Origin: Pseudomonadota bacterium
GTDB taxonomy: Bacteria > Bdellovibrionota_G > JALEGL01 > DATDPG01
DNA: 64,000 nt
NCBI GenBank assembly: GCA_043809315.1
Contig: JAZDDX010000020.1
Location: forward strand, 72,031-136,030
Direction: 5' to 3'
Shown here: in pieces, positions 45,227-55,399 of the stretch
How positions within the stretch are numbered: position 1 is the stretch's first letter
How the letters are laid out: each line of letters begins with the position of its first letter
Translations under genes and position numbers: made by a program
Notes under the pieces: generated by a model
The model's input: the letters and a program-made list of their open reading frames with translations, nothing else
What the model was told of the DNA's origin: nothing
Database searches by the model: none

Positions 45227-47242
45227 CTACCGCAACATCGGCTTTCCAAGTTTGAGATACAACGGAAGATACAGGGCCAAGTTGAGAGCGACCAGCGTCA
45301 AGATGATCGCCCGCCGCATCACGGGATCCTCCCAGACCGAATACCCCTTCCGCACCATCATCAAGGTGCTCTCGCGTTCCTTCCACGACTTCCCCGTTTC
45401 GAGCGACATCAACTTCTCAAAGAGCGACCGGAGACGTTCCGTTACCTCCGTCTCGACGTCGGAGAGTTCGACCACGCTGCGCCCCTTCGACCAGGAGCGA
45501 ACCACCCCCGCGCAGTTCGCCTTCTTTACCCCGGGGAACCCGGGGATCACCAGCTGGACCCGAACCGGCGTCCCGGCTTTCAGAGAATCGGGGGAGGCGA
45601 CCTTGAGCTCCCCCGCCTCGATCGACGTTATGTAGGTCCGGATGAACTCCTCCGCCGTCTGGAACGTCCGAACGAGGATCAGCCCCGATCGCGGTGCGGC
45701 CGGCGCTTCTTTTCGCGGTGCCGCCCGTGTCGGCGCGGGACCGACCCCGTCGGAAAGAAGCCGGATCATCTTTTCCAGCGGCGCCCGTTCCTCCGACGTC
45801 CGGTACTCGAACTGAAATTCCCCCGCCCCTTCCTCGACCGCAAGGGCGATCCCCTTCACCTCGGCCAAAGTCTCCCCCTGCCGCTCGAACTTGATCGAAG
45901 ACAGTTCGCCCGGGGTGAACCCTCCCGAGAAACGGATCCGGGAATGGGTGAGACTCAACCAGACCAGCTTCCCCCGAATCTCGGGCTTGTTCTCCCGCAG
46001 GATCCGTGCGTCGATCTCGATCTCCTTCGCCTCGTACCGAGGGAAGATCAGCCCTTTTAGTTTGGCTCCCGCAAGGAGGCGAAGGACCCCCATGACGGTT
46101 TCCGCTCCCGCCCCCTTCTCCGGAAAGCCAAGCACCAACCGCTCCGCGGTGATCTCCTCCACGCGGGCCGTGAGAGGGGGGATCTTGGCCATTTCTTGCC
46201 GTAATCGCTGCCCCCCCGCTGGAAACCGCAAGGGGACGCGATCCCCTTTCTGGACCGGGCTACCGGGAGCGACCACCTGGACGGACCACGTTCGCGCGGA
46301 GACCTCTTCCAGGGTTCCCCGGGTCTTCCCTTCTCCTGAACCGATTTCCGCTTCGACTCCGAGTTCCACCACACGAAGCCCCGCGGAAAGAGCCTCCTCT
46401 TCCCAGTCTTCCGCGACGACATCGGAGACGACGGTCTCCATCGCCTGGCGCATCTGCTCGGCCCGGTTCCGGACGACATCCTCGATGGCGCGCAACAGCG
46501 GCGGGTGGTTCTTCAGGAGATCCCGGAATCGTTCCCCTTTCAGGATCATCAGCTCGACCCGCCCGATCGCGCTCGCCGAAGCCGAGCGCGGCTGCCCGGT
46601 CACGACCGCCATCTCCCCGAAAAGATCCCCGGGCCCCAGCTCTTGCAGCGTGACCGTCGTCCCGCCTTTCGCCTTGGTAACCGCGACCTTCCCCTGCTTG
46701 ATCACGTACAGGTCGAGGCTCGTTTCCCCCTCTTTGAGGATCGGGGCCCCCCCTTCGTGTGCAACGAGTTCCATCTTGGAAACGAGGTCATCGAGTTCTT
46801 TCGGCGCCAGCAGAGAGAACAGAGGGGACGAACGAAGAACGTTCGTCAGAATCCGCGATCGGAAGAGAGCTTGGAGATGAAGTTGAAGCGACGGGTATTT
46901 CTCCGACGCCGAGTGGAGCCACCCCGATTCGAGGAGAAGGATCGCCGACTCTTCCATCGCCACGGCCGAAAACGAGCGCGGTTTCCCCGTGAAATACGAG
47001 AACTCGCCGAAGAGATCCCCCTCCTTGAGGACCGCAACCGGTTTGAGTTCACCGCCGGGCCCTTTCCCAACGATCTCGACCCGCCCCCGGAGAACTCCCA
47101 GAACGTCGTATTCGAGATCCCCTTCGGCGAAAATCGCGATCCCTTTCGGGTATTTCACGATCGGGAGCTGATCCAATCGGTCGATCAGCTCGCGTTCTTC
47201 GATTCCCTTGAACAGGGAGAAATCTTGCGGAAGAAGGAACAT
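45227..47242 (-). CDS. Tandem cNMP-binding domain protein with degenerate PilZ-like domains and a C-terminal TM anchor
   Basis: Two phosphate-binding cassettes (GDLFGEF...PRSFSA, GDLFGEM...PRSASA). The last soluble domain resembles PilZ (L..GT.V.V.L.IP...GVVR). Confidence 0.75.
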   Translation of the reverse strand: MFLLPQDFSLFKGIEERELIDRLDQLPIVKYPKGIAIFAEGDLEYDVLGVLRGRVEIVGKGPGGELKPVAVLKEGDLFGEFSYFTGKPRSFSAVAMEESAILLLESGWLHSASEKYPSLQLHLQALFRSRILTNVLRSSPLFSLLAPKELDDLVSKMELVAHEGGAPILKEGETSLDLYVIKQGKVAVTKAKGGTTVTLQELGPGDLFGEMAVVTGQPRSASASAIGRVELMILKGERFRDLLKNHPPLLRAIEDVVRNRAEQMRQAMETVVSDVVAEDWEEEALSAGLRVVELGVEAEIGSGEGKTRGTLEEVSARTWSVQVVAPGSPVQKGDRVPLRFPAGGQRLRQEMAKIPPLTARVEEITAERLVLGFPEKGAGAETVMGVLRLLAGAKLKGLIFPRYEAKEIEIDARILRENKPEIRGKLVWLSLTHSRIRFSGGFTPGELSSIKFERQGETLAEVKGIALAVEEGAGEFQFEYRTSEERAPLEKMIRLLSDGVGPAPTRAAPRKEAPAAPRSGLILVRTFQTAEEFIRTYITSIEAGELKVASPDSLKAGTPVRVQLVIPGFPGVKKANCAGVVRSWSKGRSVVELSDVETEVTERLRSLFEKLMSLETGKSWKERESTLMMVRKGYSVWEDPVMRRAIILTLVALNLALYLPLYLKLGKPMLR

Positions 47243-47245
47243 CGC

Positions 47246-47656
47246 TTACTCCTTCACCCGCTTCCCGACGACCACCTCGGCCCTGCGCCCTCCCCCTTCG
47301 GGGGTTTCGTAGGCGATGATCGCAAGATCCCAAGCCGAAGGTTTCCAATCGCTCGAGAACACGTACCTGTAGGCCGGCCGATAGGTCAGAAGATACCGCT
47401 CGATCGCCGGCGGCTCGTTCGCGAGACGGACCAGCGCCACCCGATATTCGAGGAACGATCTCTCGACCTTCTCCTTCTCCTTCAGCACGAGCAGTTTGCC
47501 GGCCACCTCCCCGCGGATTTCGTCGACCGATCGCCAGATCGAGTCGATCGCCTGGGGGGGAACCCGTCCGACGGTTCCGAAAATCCAAACTCCGATTCCG
47601 GCGAGGAGCGACAACAGGAGAGCGATGGCGACATGCCGAAAATCCCGCCCCGTCAT
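47246..47656 (-). CDS. Hypothetical membrane-anchored protein
   Basis: N-terminal TM helix. ATGA-coupled to the upstream gene. Confidence 0.6.
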   Translation of the reverse strand: MTGRDFRHVAIALLLSLLAGIGVWIFGTVGRVPPQAIDSIWRSVDEIRGEVAGKLLVLKEKEKVERSFLEYRVALVRLANEPPAIERYLLTYRPAYRYVFSSDWKPSAWDLAIIAYETPEGGGRRAEVVVGKRVKE

Positions 47657-48459
47657 GGTTGGACCGCCTCCGCCGTCAGCGGCCATGGATTGAACTTCAA
47701 GGCATCCCCTGTCAGCACCCAATATCCCGAATCGATGGCCCGATGAAACGGTGAAAGCTGGATCCTACGCGTGAGGTCACACCCCTCGGATCCCAATCGG
47801 ATCCGGATCAATCGTTCCCCGCGATCGGTATCGATTTCGAGCGCCGTGAGGCCCGCGGCGACCGGGACCGGAGCCTGCCCCTCCTCCGAAACGGTGACCA
47901 TCGCTCCGCCCCCACGGCGACGTTGGGCCAGCGAATAGCGGGCCGGTTTAAACTGAGCCACGATCATCCCGCGCGTGAGGGAACGCGGCCGTTTTTCCCC
48001 GGGAAACTCCAGATCGATCGCCGTCCGCTTCTGACCCGGCTGCACAGAGGCCCCGATTTTCGCCAGGTACGATTCCCCATCCGCACAGACCCAGGCCCAG
48101 GCTCCGGGCCGAAACATCTGGTCGGTCGGCACGAGCGCGGTCGGAGGCTCCGAGTCTGCGACGATCGGACGGGCCGAATCGAAGATGGCAACCTCGTACC
48201 CCGGCGGATTCTCTTTTCGGGTAATGAGCGGAACAGCGGCTCCAAGACATCTGGACGCATACATCTCCCAGTGCCGGAGATCGGTCTCCATCCGCTCCAC
48301 GACCCCCACCCAACCCCATTTCTGTTGAGCGCACTCCAGCAAAGGTTTCTCCGCCCGCCGCGCACGGGACACCAGGAACCAAGCCACCGCCGCGTTCAGC
48401 AGGAGCAGAACGGTGATTCCGATCGGAAGAGCTTTGGAACGAACCGGCTTGTCCGTCAT
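47653..48459 (-). CDS. Hypothetical membrane-anchored protein
   Basis: Start trimmed to MTDKPVRSK. N-terminal TM helix. ATGA-coupled to the pilin gene. Confidence 0.6.
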   Translation of the reverse strand: MTDKPVRSKALPIGITVLLLLNAAVAWFLVSRARRAEKPLLECAQQKWGWVGVVERMETDLRHWEMYASRCLGAAVPLITRKENPPGYEVAIFDSARPIVADSEPPTALVPTDQMFRPGAWAWVCADGESYLAKIGASVQPGQKRTAIDLEFPGEKRPRSLTRGMIVAQFKPARYSLAQRRRGGGAMVTVSEEGQAPVPVAAGLTALEIDTDRGERLIRIRLGSEGCDLTRRIQLSPFHRAIDSGYWVLTGDALKFNPWPLTAEAVQP

Positions 48460-48950
48460 GGGGTCCGGATCTCGATCGCACCGCCGGTATAGACGTAGAA
48501 CGATTTCGTGCGCGCGACCCCGACCCCCTCGATCGTCAGGTACGGCGACCCCGTTTTCCCGTTCTGAAATTGATAGATCCCGCGCGCCGTCGCCTCGAGA
48601 TTGCTTCCGGCGTTGGAAAAACTCTCCGTCATCAAATAGATGTCGTTCGGCATCTGACGGTTCTGACTGAACTGCACCCACGATGCCGGGAAAAGCGTGT
48701 CGTCGTAATACTCGAGAACCCACTGGGTCTCGGAGGTCCAGCGGATCCGGTGCGTTTTGCCGACCGCGATCGCCTTGCTCCGGATCAGGATCAGGTCGTC
48801 GTAGACCAGGCTGGACGCCCGGTCGAGACTGTCACGCTGGCGCAGCCCGGAAAGGGTCGCGACCCCGAGCCCGAGCAGCCCGGCGATGATCGTGACGGTC
48901 ACGATGACCTCGACGAGCGAGAACCCCCTGTTCCGGTTCACCGGCGCCAA
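48456..48950 (-). CDS. Prepilin-type (GspH/FimT-like) minor pilin or pseudopilin
   Basis: RG|FSLVEVIVTVTIIAGL: class III signal with Glu5. Confidence 0.85.
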   Translation of the reverse strand: MAPVNRNRGFSLVEVIVTVTIIAGLLGLGVATLSGLRQRDSLDRASSLVYDDLILIRSKAIAVGKTHRIRWTSETQWVLEYYDDTLFPASWVQFSQNRQMPNDIYLMTESFSNAGSNLEATARGIYQFQNGKTGSPYLTIEGVGVARTKSFYVYTGGAIEIRTP

Positions 48951-48953
48951 GGA

Positions 48954-49286
48954 TCAGCGCAAGCCGGCTTCGTACAGCTTCGTCGCGACTTGCCAGCGGT
49001 TCAGGTTCGTGGCGTAGAGGCCGAGATTGCTCTTCTCCGCGAGTTTGACGACGTCTTCGGGGATCGGCTTCCCCTGCGTCACGACGATCCCGCAGAGATC
49101 CACCAAATTCGCCGCCGCAATCACGTTCGCATGCACCTGGATCGTCACGAGGACGTTCCCCGCTTTTGCGTTCGCAATGACGTCGCTCACCATGTCCGAG
49201 ATGTAAACCCCGGTCACGTCCCCCTCGGCCGGCTTCTGGGTGAGGGATTTCAACTCCAATTTCGCCGCGATCTCTTTCAGTTTCAT
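48954..49286 (-). CDS. DRTGG-domain protein
   Basis: GVYISDMVSDV...VTIQ.H.NVIAAA, typical of the small DRTGG proteins of hydrogenase operons. Confidence 0.8.
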   Translation of the reverse strand: MKLKEIAAKLELKSLTQKPAEGDVTGVYISDMVSDVIANAKAGNVLVTIQVHANVIAAANLVDLCGIVVTQGKPIPEDVVKLAEKSNLGLYATNLNRWQVATKLYEAGLR

Positions 49287-49849
49287 CGTCCGTTCGCCTC
49301 CATGGATGTCATACCGAAATCGACCATGATCTCGCCGAACGTCAGATGCCGGTAGACATCGAAGTGGTCGGGCAGGATCACGATCATCTTGTTTTGGGTG
49401 AGCAACCGTTCGTTGAAGGCTTGGGTTAACGCCTGGAGTTTCTCGAGCGAGAGGGGCTTCGGAACTCCCCCCTTCCCCTCCGCGGTGACCGCCACGTAGA
49501 CGTGGATCTTCCGCCCGAGCGCCAGCTCCCCGATCTTGTGGAAGTCGCTCCCCGGCTTGGCCGACGCGAAGTACATGAGCCCCAAAAGCTCATCCAACTT
49601 CGTCACCTCCCCGGTCCGGGTGTCCCTAAGGTCGAAACGGACCGATTGGGCGTCGGCCACGTGCGACCATCTCCGTCCCCCCTCCTGATAATCCTCGCGG
49701 GGTGCGGTCGATCCTTCCGCAAAATAGGCGCGGTGCCGGCCGGTCCCTCCCTCTTCCTCGATCACCACGAACCCGGGACGGGCATTGACCCGCTCGTATC
49801 GGTACCCTTCGCTCATCGGCGCAGCGACTCTATCTTTCGGCCCGTGCAT
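49283..49849 (-). CDS. Hypothetical protein
   Basis: The C-terminal ~180 aa of the long ORF is protein-like and fills the gap. Start at 49849 or 49816. ATGA-coupled to the downstream gene. Confidence 0.65.
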   Translation of the reverse strand: MHGPKDRVAAPMSEGYRYERVNARPGFVVIEEEGGTGRHRAYFAEGSTAPREDYQEGGRRWSHVADAQSVRFDLRDTRTGEVTKLDELLGLMYFASAKPGSDFHKIGELALGRKIHVYVAVTAEGKGGVPKPLSLEKLQALTQAFNERLLTQNKMIVILPDHFDVYRHLTFGEIMVDFGMTSMEANGR

Positions 49850-49851
49850 GG

Positions 49852-52800
49852 TCAAACCTGCTCGGCGGTCGCCTCTCTCCGTTGTGGGGCCGACTCGATC
49901 TGGACCAACCGGGGATGGCCGTTTGGGGCGACCCCCTCTTTCCGCGCCGCCTCGGCATCGGCGAAGATCTTCTCGAACCACCGGTCGAAGCGGCTTTCCA
50001 GATTGTCCAGAGGCCGGGTCGGCGTCGGACGAACCGGCTTCCTCGTGTGCGTATCGGATCGGCCCTCCGGGAGCGGAAAAGCCGAAAGATCCCAGAGGCC
50101 GTCCGAGTCCTGACTCCCGATCTTCACGTTCCGATAGATCGGGACCGTTTTCCGGATCTCCTCCGTGACGTCCGATACCGCACCGTATTTCATCTTGAAG
50201 CGGTATCCCATCCGTCCGGCGATCTCCCGCAAGATCTCCCAGCTCTCCATCCCGGTGACAGGACGGACGGCGCGCGTAAGACCTTGAACGCGGCGCTCCT
50301 GGTTCGTCATCGTCCCGCTCGTCTCGGCGGTTGCCGAAAGGGGAAGGACGAGGTGGGCCGAACCGGCCGTTTCGGTCATGAAGAGATCCCCCACGACTAG
50401 GAATTCCACGGAACGGAGACCTTCCTTGACCTCCGCCGGCAGCGTCGGGCTTCCGAGCGGATCCTCTCCGAGAACCACGGCAACGCGGATTTTCTTTTGA
50501 GCCAACGCCTCCGCCAGATCGGGGGACGGCTTCTCCAGGTCGTGGAGAACCACACACCACTCCTTCTCCAACTCGTCGGTCACGGCGCGGTCGGTCGAAG
50601 AGAGATAACCGGGAAGCGTGGCGGGGTTCGCCCCCATGTCGGACAGCCCCTGGGCGTTCGATTTCTCCCGGAGGGCAAGGAGCGTGGCCCCCATCGCTTT
50701 CGCCGTCTCCGCGAAGATCCGTTCGTCCCCCGGGACGCGCAACCCGCGATAGTCTTTGTTGAAGACGACGACCTTGATCACCGCTTTCTTCCAGATCTCC
50801 GCCGCGGCCTGGATCTCGGGGGATTTCTTCTCCCCCTTGCCGGCAATCGTCGCTTCGAGGCGGCGGACCCATTCCGTCTGCGTTCCGTCCTCACAGGGGA
50901 TGAAGACGTCGGCGAAGCGTGACACTCGGTTTTCTTCCGGCCCGATGTAGATCAGGTGCGTCCCTTGTCGCACGGCCCGTTTGACCAGGAGATCGGTCAC
51001 GAAATGCTCTTCGGCCGTGTCGGAGTTGACGACGACGATCGCCTGCGCGTCGAGAAGGTCGGGGTAACTCCCGGTGGAAACGACCTCGGGACATGCGAAC
51101 TCCCGGTTCACCAGGTTTCCGAACGTCGAGACGTTGTGCGTCCGAAGGGCGACCCGCGCGAACTTCTGCGCGAGGTAGATCTCCTCGTTCGTCATTCGGG
51201 GGGAAACGAACAGGGCGATCTGCCCGCCGTTGTATTTCCGGAGCAGTTCCTTGAATCGCATCGCCGCGTAGTCCAGCGCCCCCTCGAACGGAATATCCTG
51301 CAGTTCGCGTCCGGCGCGGATCTTGGGGCTCTTGAGCCGATCGGGCGCCTGGACGTACGAATATCCGAAACGCCCACGCTTACAGTGGTTCCCGAATGTG
51401 TTCTTGGGACCCTCCACCCTCGACACCTTCACGAGCGAATTCCCGAACACGTCATAGTCGTATGTGCATCCGACGCCGCAGTAATGGCAGACGGTCTCTT
51501 TCGGTTCGGTCTTCCAGGGACCGGGTTTGGAAAGCGAGATCTTCTCCACGATCGCCCCGGTCGGACAGGTGCTCAGACAGAGACCGCACGAGACACAATC
51601 GGTGTCGAGCAACGACCCGCCGAGGGTCGGCTTCACCACCGTCGAGAACCCGCGGTTGATCAGACCGTAGGCGTGCGCCCCGACCACTTCGCCGCAAACC
51701 CGGACACAACGAGAGCAGAGGATGCATTTGTTCGGATCGAGTTCGATCAACGGGTGGGTCCCGTCGAGCTTGTACTCTTTCGCCTCCCCCATGAACGACT
51801 TGACCTCGGCATCGTACTCGGTCGCGTACTCCCGGAGACGGCAGTGGAAGAGCGCGAGGCAACCGCATTCGAGACAGCGGTGCGCCTCCCGCACCACATC
51901 CTCCGGGGTGTACCCTTGCTCCACCTCGGCAAAGCTCGAGATCCGTTCCTCGACCGGGAGAACCGCCATTTGGCGACGGGCGTACCGCGATCCCGCCCGG
52001 AGGTCCTCCTTCGTGATCTTCCGGAAGAGATCCCTCCGGCTGTTGAACTCTTGCGGCTCGGCTTCCGCCTTGCCGGTCGTCAGATACCGGTCGATCGCGT
52101 GCGCCGTTTTCCGCCCGGCAGCGATCGCCTCGATCGCGGTCGCCGCTCCGGTCACGACATCCCCTCCGGAGAAGACCCCTTCGACGCTCGTCTCGAACGT
52201 CCCTTCGTTCACCGCGACCGTCTTCCAACGGGTCAGATTCAGCGTCTCCCCGAACGGTAGGAAATTCGCCACGCCACCGCCCAGAAAATCGGACACGGTC
52301 GTTGCCTGGCCGATCGCCGCGATAACAAAATCGCACGGGATCTCAAACTCCGAACCGCGGACCGGTTTCGGACTCCGGCGCCCGCTCGCGTCCGGCTCCC
52401 CCAGCTCCATCCGCAGGCACTCGAGCGCCGCGACCTTGCCGTTCTTTTCGATCACCTTCTGCGGGGCGACCAGGAGGTCGATCTGAACCCCCTCGTGCTC
52501 CGCCTCCTCGATCTCCACCGCGTTCGCCGGCATCTCATTCTTCGTCCGGCGGTAGACGATCCGGACTTCCTTCGCCCCGAGGCGAAGAGCCGTCCGGGCA
52601 CAGTCGATCGCCGTGTTCCCCCCTCCGACGACGAGAACCTTCCCATGCACTTCCGGCTTTTTCCGCAGACCGAACGCTTTCAGGAACTCGATCCCGGAAA
52701 GAACGCCCGGGAGATTCTCGTTCTGAACGCGCATCTCAGACGACTGCCAGGCACCGATTGCGAGAAAGATCGCCCCGAACCCCTGTTCCTTGAGACTTGC

Positions 52801-53622
52801 GATCGTGAAGTCCTTCCCGAGCGAAACGTTCGTCGAAAGCAGGACCCCCAGGTCGAGAATCTGGCTGATCTCGAGGTCGAGGATCTCCTTCGGAAGGCGG
52901 TATTCGGGGATTCCGTACCGGAGCATCCCCCCCGCTTCCGGCAGCGCTTCGAAAATGTGCGCCGCGTATCCACGAAGGGCAAGATAATGGGCGCAGGAAA
53001 GCCCGGCCGGACCTCCGCCGACGATCGCGACCTTCTTCCCGTTGGGAGGCGGGGCCGCCATCTTGAACGGCTCTTTCCGCCCCAGATCCATGTCGGCCAA
53101 ATACCGCTTGATGTAGTCGATCCCGACCGGCTCATCGAGGAGCGTTCGGCGGCAGCCGCGCACCTCGCACGGCCGGGTGCAAACGCGCCCGCAGATCGCG
53201 GGAAGAGGGTTGTCCTCTTTGATGAGGCGGATGGCGTCCTCGTATTTCCCGAGGGCGGCGAGAGCGAGGTACCCCTGGATGTCGATCTCCGCCGGGCAGG
53301 CGAGCTGGCAGGGGCCGACGCAGTCGGCATAGTGATTCGACAGCATCAGCTCCAAAGCCGCTTTCCGCGATTTCCGGACGTCCGGCCCGTCGGTTTCGAC
53401 CACCATTCCCCCGGTCACCTTCGTCGAACAGGCAGGGATCAGCGTCCGTGCCCCTTTCACCTTCACGACACAGACGAAACAGGAGGAGAACGGCTCCAAC
53501 TGATCGTCATTGCAGAGGGTCGGGATCCCGCGAATGCCGTTTTCCCGGGCAACCGCGAGAATCGTCTGGTTGCTGTCGGCGATGACCCGTTTTCCGTCGA
53601 TCTCCAACTTGACTAGCGCCAT
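49852..53622 (-). CDS. StnC/NsoC-like large subunit: 2Fe-2S + GltD-type FAD/NADPH module + NuoG/FdhF-like Fe-S and molybdopterin-fold domains
   Basis: GGGPAG, GGGNTA, YRR, CILCSRCVRVC, CVSCGLCLSTCP, CHYCGVGC. No Cys/Sec at the formate-dehydrogenase Mo-ligand position (HNVSTFGNL). Confidence 0.8.
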   Translation of the reverse strand: MALVKLEIDGKRVIADSNQTILAVARENGIRGIPTLCNDDQLEPFSSCFVCVVKVKGARTLIPACSTKVTGGMVVETDGPDVRKSRKAALELMLSNHYADCVGPCQLACPAEIDIQGYLALAALGKYEDAIRLIKEDNPLPAICGRVCTRPCEVRGCRRTLLDEPVGIDYIKRYLADMDLGRKEPFKMAAPPPNGKKVAIVGGGPAGLSCAHYLALRGYAAHIFEALPEAGGMLRYGIPEYRLPKEILDLEISQILDLGVLLSTNVSLGKDFTIASLKEQGFGAIFLAIGAWQSSEMRVQNENLPGVLSGIEFLKAFGLRKKPEVHGKVLVVGGGNTAIDCARTALRLGAKEVRIVYRRTKNEMPANAVEIEEAEHEGVQIDLLVAPQKVIEKNGKVAALECLRMELGEPDASGRRSPKPVRGSEFEIPCDFVIAAIGQATTVSDFLGGGVANFLPFGETLNLTRWKTVAVNEGTFETSVEGVFSGGDVVTGAATAIEAIAAGRKTAHAIDRYLTTGKAEAEPQEFNSRRDLFRKITKEDLRAGSRYARRQMAVLPVEERISSFAEVEQGYTPEDVVREAHRCLECGCLALFHCRLREYATEYDAEVKSFMGEAKEYKLDGTHPLIELDPNKCILCSRCVRVCGEVVGAHAYGLINRGFSTVVKPTLGGSLLDTDCVSCGLCLSTCPTGAIVEKISLSKPGPWKTEPKETVCHYCGVGCTYDYDVFGNSLVKVSRVEGPKNTFGNHCKRGRFGYSYVQAPDRLKSPKIRAGRELQDIPFEGALDYAAMRFKELLRKYNGGQIALFVSPRMTNEEIYLAQKFARVALRTHNVSTFGNLVNREFACPEVVSTGSYPDLLDAQAIVVVNSDTAEEHFVTDLLVKRAVRQGTHLIYIGPEENRVSRFADVFIPCEDGTQTEWVRRLEATIAGKGEKKSPEIQAAAEIWKKAVIKVVVFNKDYRGLRVPGDERIFAETAKAMGATLLALREKSNAQGLSDMGANPATLPGYLSSTDRAVTDELEKEWCVVLHDLEKPSPDLAEALAQKKIRVAVVLGEDPLGSPTLPAEVKEGLRSVEFLVVGDLFMTETAGSAHLVLPLSATAETSGTMTNQERRVQGLTRAVRPVTGMESWEILREIAGRMGYRFKMKYGAVSDVTEEIRKTVPIYRNVKIGSQDSDGLWDLSAFPLPEGRSDTHTRKPVRPTPTRPLDNLESRFDRWFEKIFADAEAARKEGVAPNGHPRLVQIESAPQRREATAEQV

Positions 53623-53635
53623 CGGTGATTCCCCC

Positions 53636-55399
53636 TTACATCCTTGTGATCGCGTGGAACCGACATGTTTTGTAACACTCGTCGCACTGAATGCACTTCG
53701 ACGTGTCGATCTCGTGTTTCTTCTTCAACTCCCCTGTGATCGCCTTCGCGGAGCAGACACGGCCGCAGGCCATGCAGCCGTTGCATTCGTCAGTGATCAG
53801 GTAGGTCAAGAGCTTCAGGCAGTGATGCGCCGGACAACGCTTGTTCGAAATATGGGCCTCGTACTCCGCCCGGAAATACTTGAGCGTCGTCAAGACCGGG
53901 TTCGGAGCGGTCTGCCCCAAGCCACAGAGGGAGTTGTTCTTGACGAGGTTCGCCAGCCTCTCGAGCAGTTCGATGTCCGCTTCCCGTCCCTCCCCCTCCG
54001 TGATCCTGGTGAGGACTTCGAGCATTCGCTTCGTCCCGACCCGGCAGAAGGTGCACTTTCCGCATGACTCCCGCTGAGTGAAATCGAGGAAGAACCGGGC
54101 CACTTCTACCATGCAGGTGGTCTCGTCCATGACGACGAGTCCCCCCGACCCCATGATCGCGCCGGTTTTATTGATCGACTCGTAGTCGATGATGGTGTCC
54201 CCAAGCTCGGCCGGGATACAGCCGCCCGAAGGGCCTCCCATCTGAACCGCCTTGAACTTCTTGTCGTCGACGATCCCGCCGCAGATCTCCGTGACGATCT
54301 CCCGGATCGAGATCCCCATCGGGACCTCGACCAGTCCTCCGCGTTTGACCTTGCCCGCCATCGCGAAGACCTTCGTCCCCTTGCTCTTCTCGGTTCCCAG
54401 GGAGTTGAACGCCCCCGCCCCCTTGAGGACGATCCACGGGACGTTCGCGAACGTCTCGACATTGTTGATCGACGTCGGGCAGTCCCACAACCCCTTCGAC
54501 GCCGGGAACGGCGGCCGGAGACGAGGCATCCCGCGTTTCCCCTCGATCGACTGGATCAACGCCGTCTCCTCGCCGCAGACGAAGGCTCCCGCCCCTTCCT
54601 TCAAACGGACCTCGAAGTCGAAGCCGCTCCCCAGGATGTTCTTCCCGAGGAAGTTCTTCTTCTCCGCCTGGGCGATCGCGATGTTCAGTCGCTCGATCGC
54701 CTTCGGATACTCCGCCCGAACGTAGACGTAGCCGTAGTTCGCGCCGATCGCATAACCGGCGATCATCATCCCCTCGAGAACGCTGTGCGGATCGCTCTCG
54801 AGAACCGACCGGTCCATGAACGCCCCGGGGTCCCCTTCGTCGGCATTGCAGATGATGTATTTCGTCGTTCCGGGGGCGAGGCGCGTGAAACGCCACTTCA
54901 TCCCGGTCAGGAAGCCGGCACCGCCACGGCCGCGCAATCCGGATTCCGTGATCCCGTCGATCAGCTTGTCGGGGTTCTTCTCCTTCAGAACCTCCGTGAT
55001 CGCGCGATACCCGTCATGTTTCTGATAGTCCTCGATCGATTCCGGATCGATGATCCCGGAGTTCCGAAGGACGATCCGCTGCTGCCGGTCGAGGTAGTTT
55101 TTCTCGCTCCCCTTCCCGGCATCGCTCCAGACCAACCACTCCTCCACCGGCCGGTCGCTCAATTGTTCGTCCAACAACCGATCGATCTTGTCCGCCGTGA
55201 TCCCGCCGTACGTGAAACGCGCGCCGCTCTCCGTCTGGAATTCGACCATCGGCTCGCGGTAACACATCCCGAGACAGCCGGTTTTCGCAAGCGTCCAGGC
55301 GCCCCCCCTGGCTTTCAGTTTTTCCGCAAGCGTCCGGTACGTGTCTTGCGCGCCGGCCGCGATTCCGCAGGTTCCGAGTCCGACCAAGATCCGGTTCAT
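53636..55399 (-). CDS. NuoF/HydB-like FMN/NADH subunit
   Basis: GRGGAGF, NADEGDPGAFMDR, CGEETAL, ESCGKCTFCR, N-terminal thioredoxin-like ferredoxin, C-terminal 2x[4Fe-4S]. Start trimmed to MNRILVG. Confidence 0.92.
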   Translation of the reverse strand: MNRILVGLGTCGIAAGAQDTYRTLAEKLKARGGAWTLAKTGCLGMCYREPMVEFQTESGARFTYGGITADKIDRLLDEQLSDRPVEEWLVWSDAGKGSEKNYLDRQQRIVLRNSGIIDPESIEDYQKHDGYRAITEVLKEKNPDKLIDGITESGLRGRGGAGFLTGMKWRFTRLAPGTTKYIICNADEGDPGAFMDRSVLESDPHSVLEGMMIAGYAIGANYGYVYVRAEYPKAIERLNIAIAQAEKKNFLGKNILGSGFDFEVRLKEGAGAFVCGEETALIQSIEGKRGMPRLRPPFPASKGLWDCPTSINNVETFANVPWIVLKGAGAFNSLGTEKSKGTKVFAMAGKVKRGGLVEVPMGISIREIVTEICGGIVDDKKFKAVQMGGPSGGCIPAELGDTIIDYESINKTGAIMGSGGLVVMDETTCMVEVARFFLDFTQRESCGKCTFCRVGTKRMLEVLTRITEGEGREADIELLERLANLVKNNSLCGLGQTAPNPVLTTLKYFRAEYEAHISNKRCPAHHCLKLLTYLITDECNGCMACGRVCSAKAITGELKKKHEIDTSKCIQCDECYKTCRFHAITRM

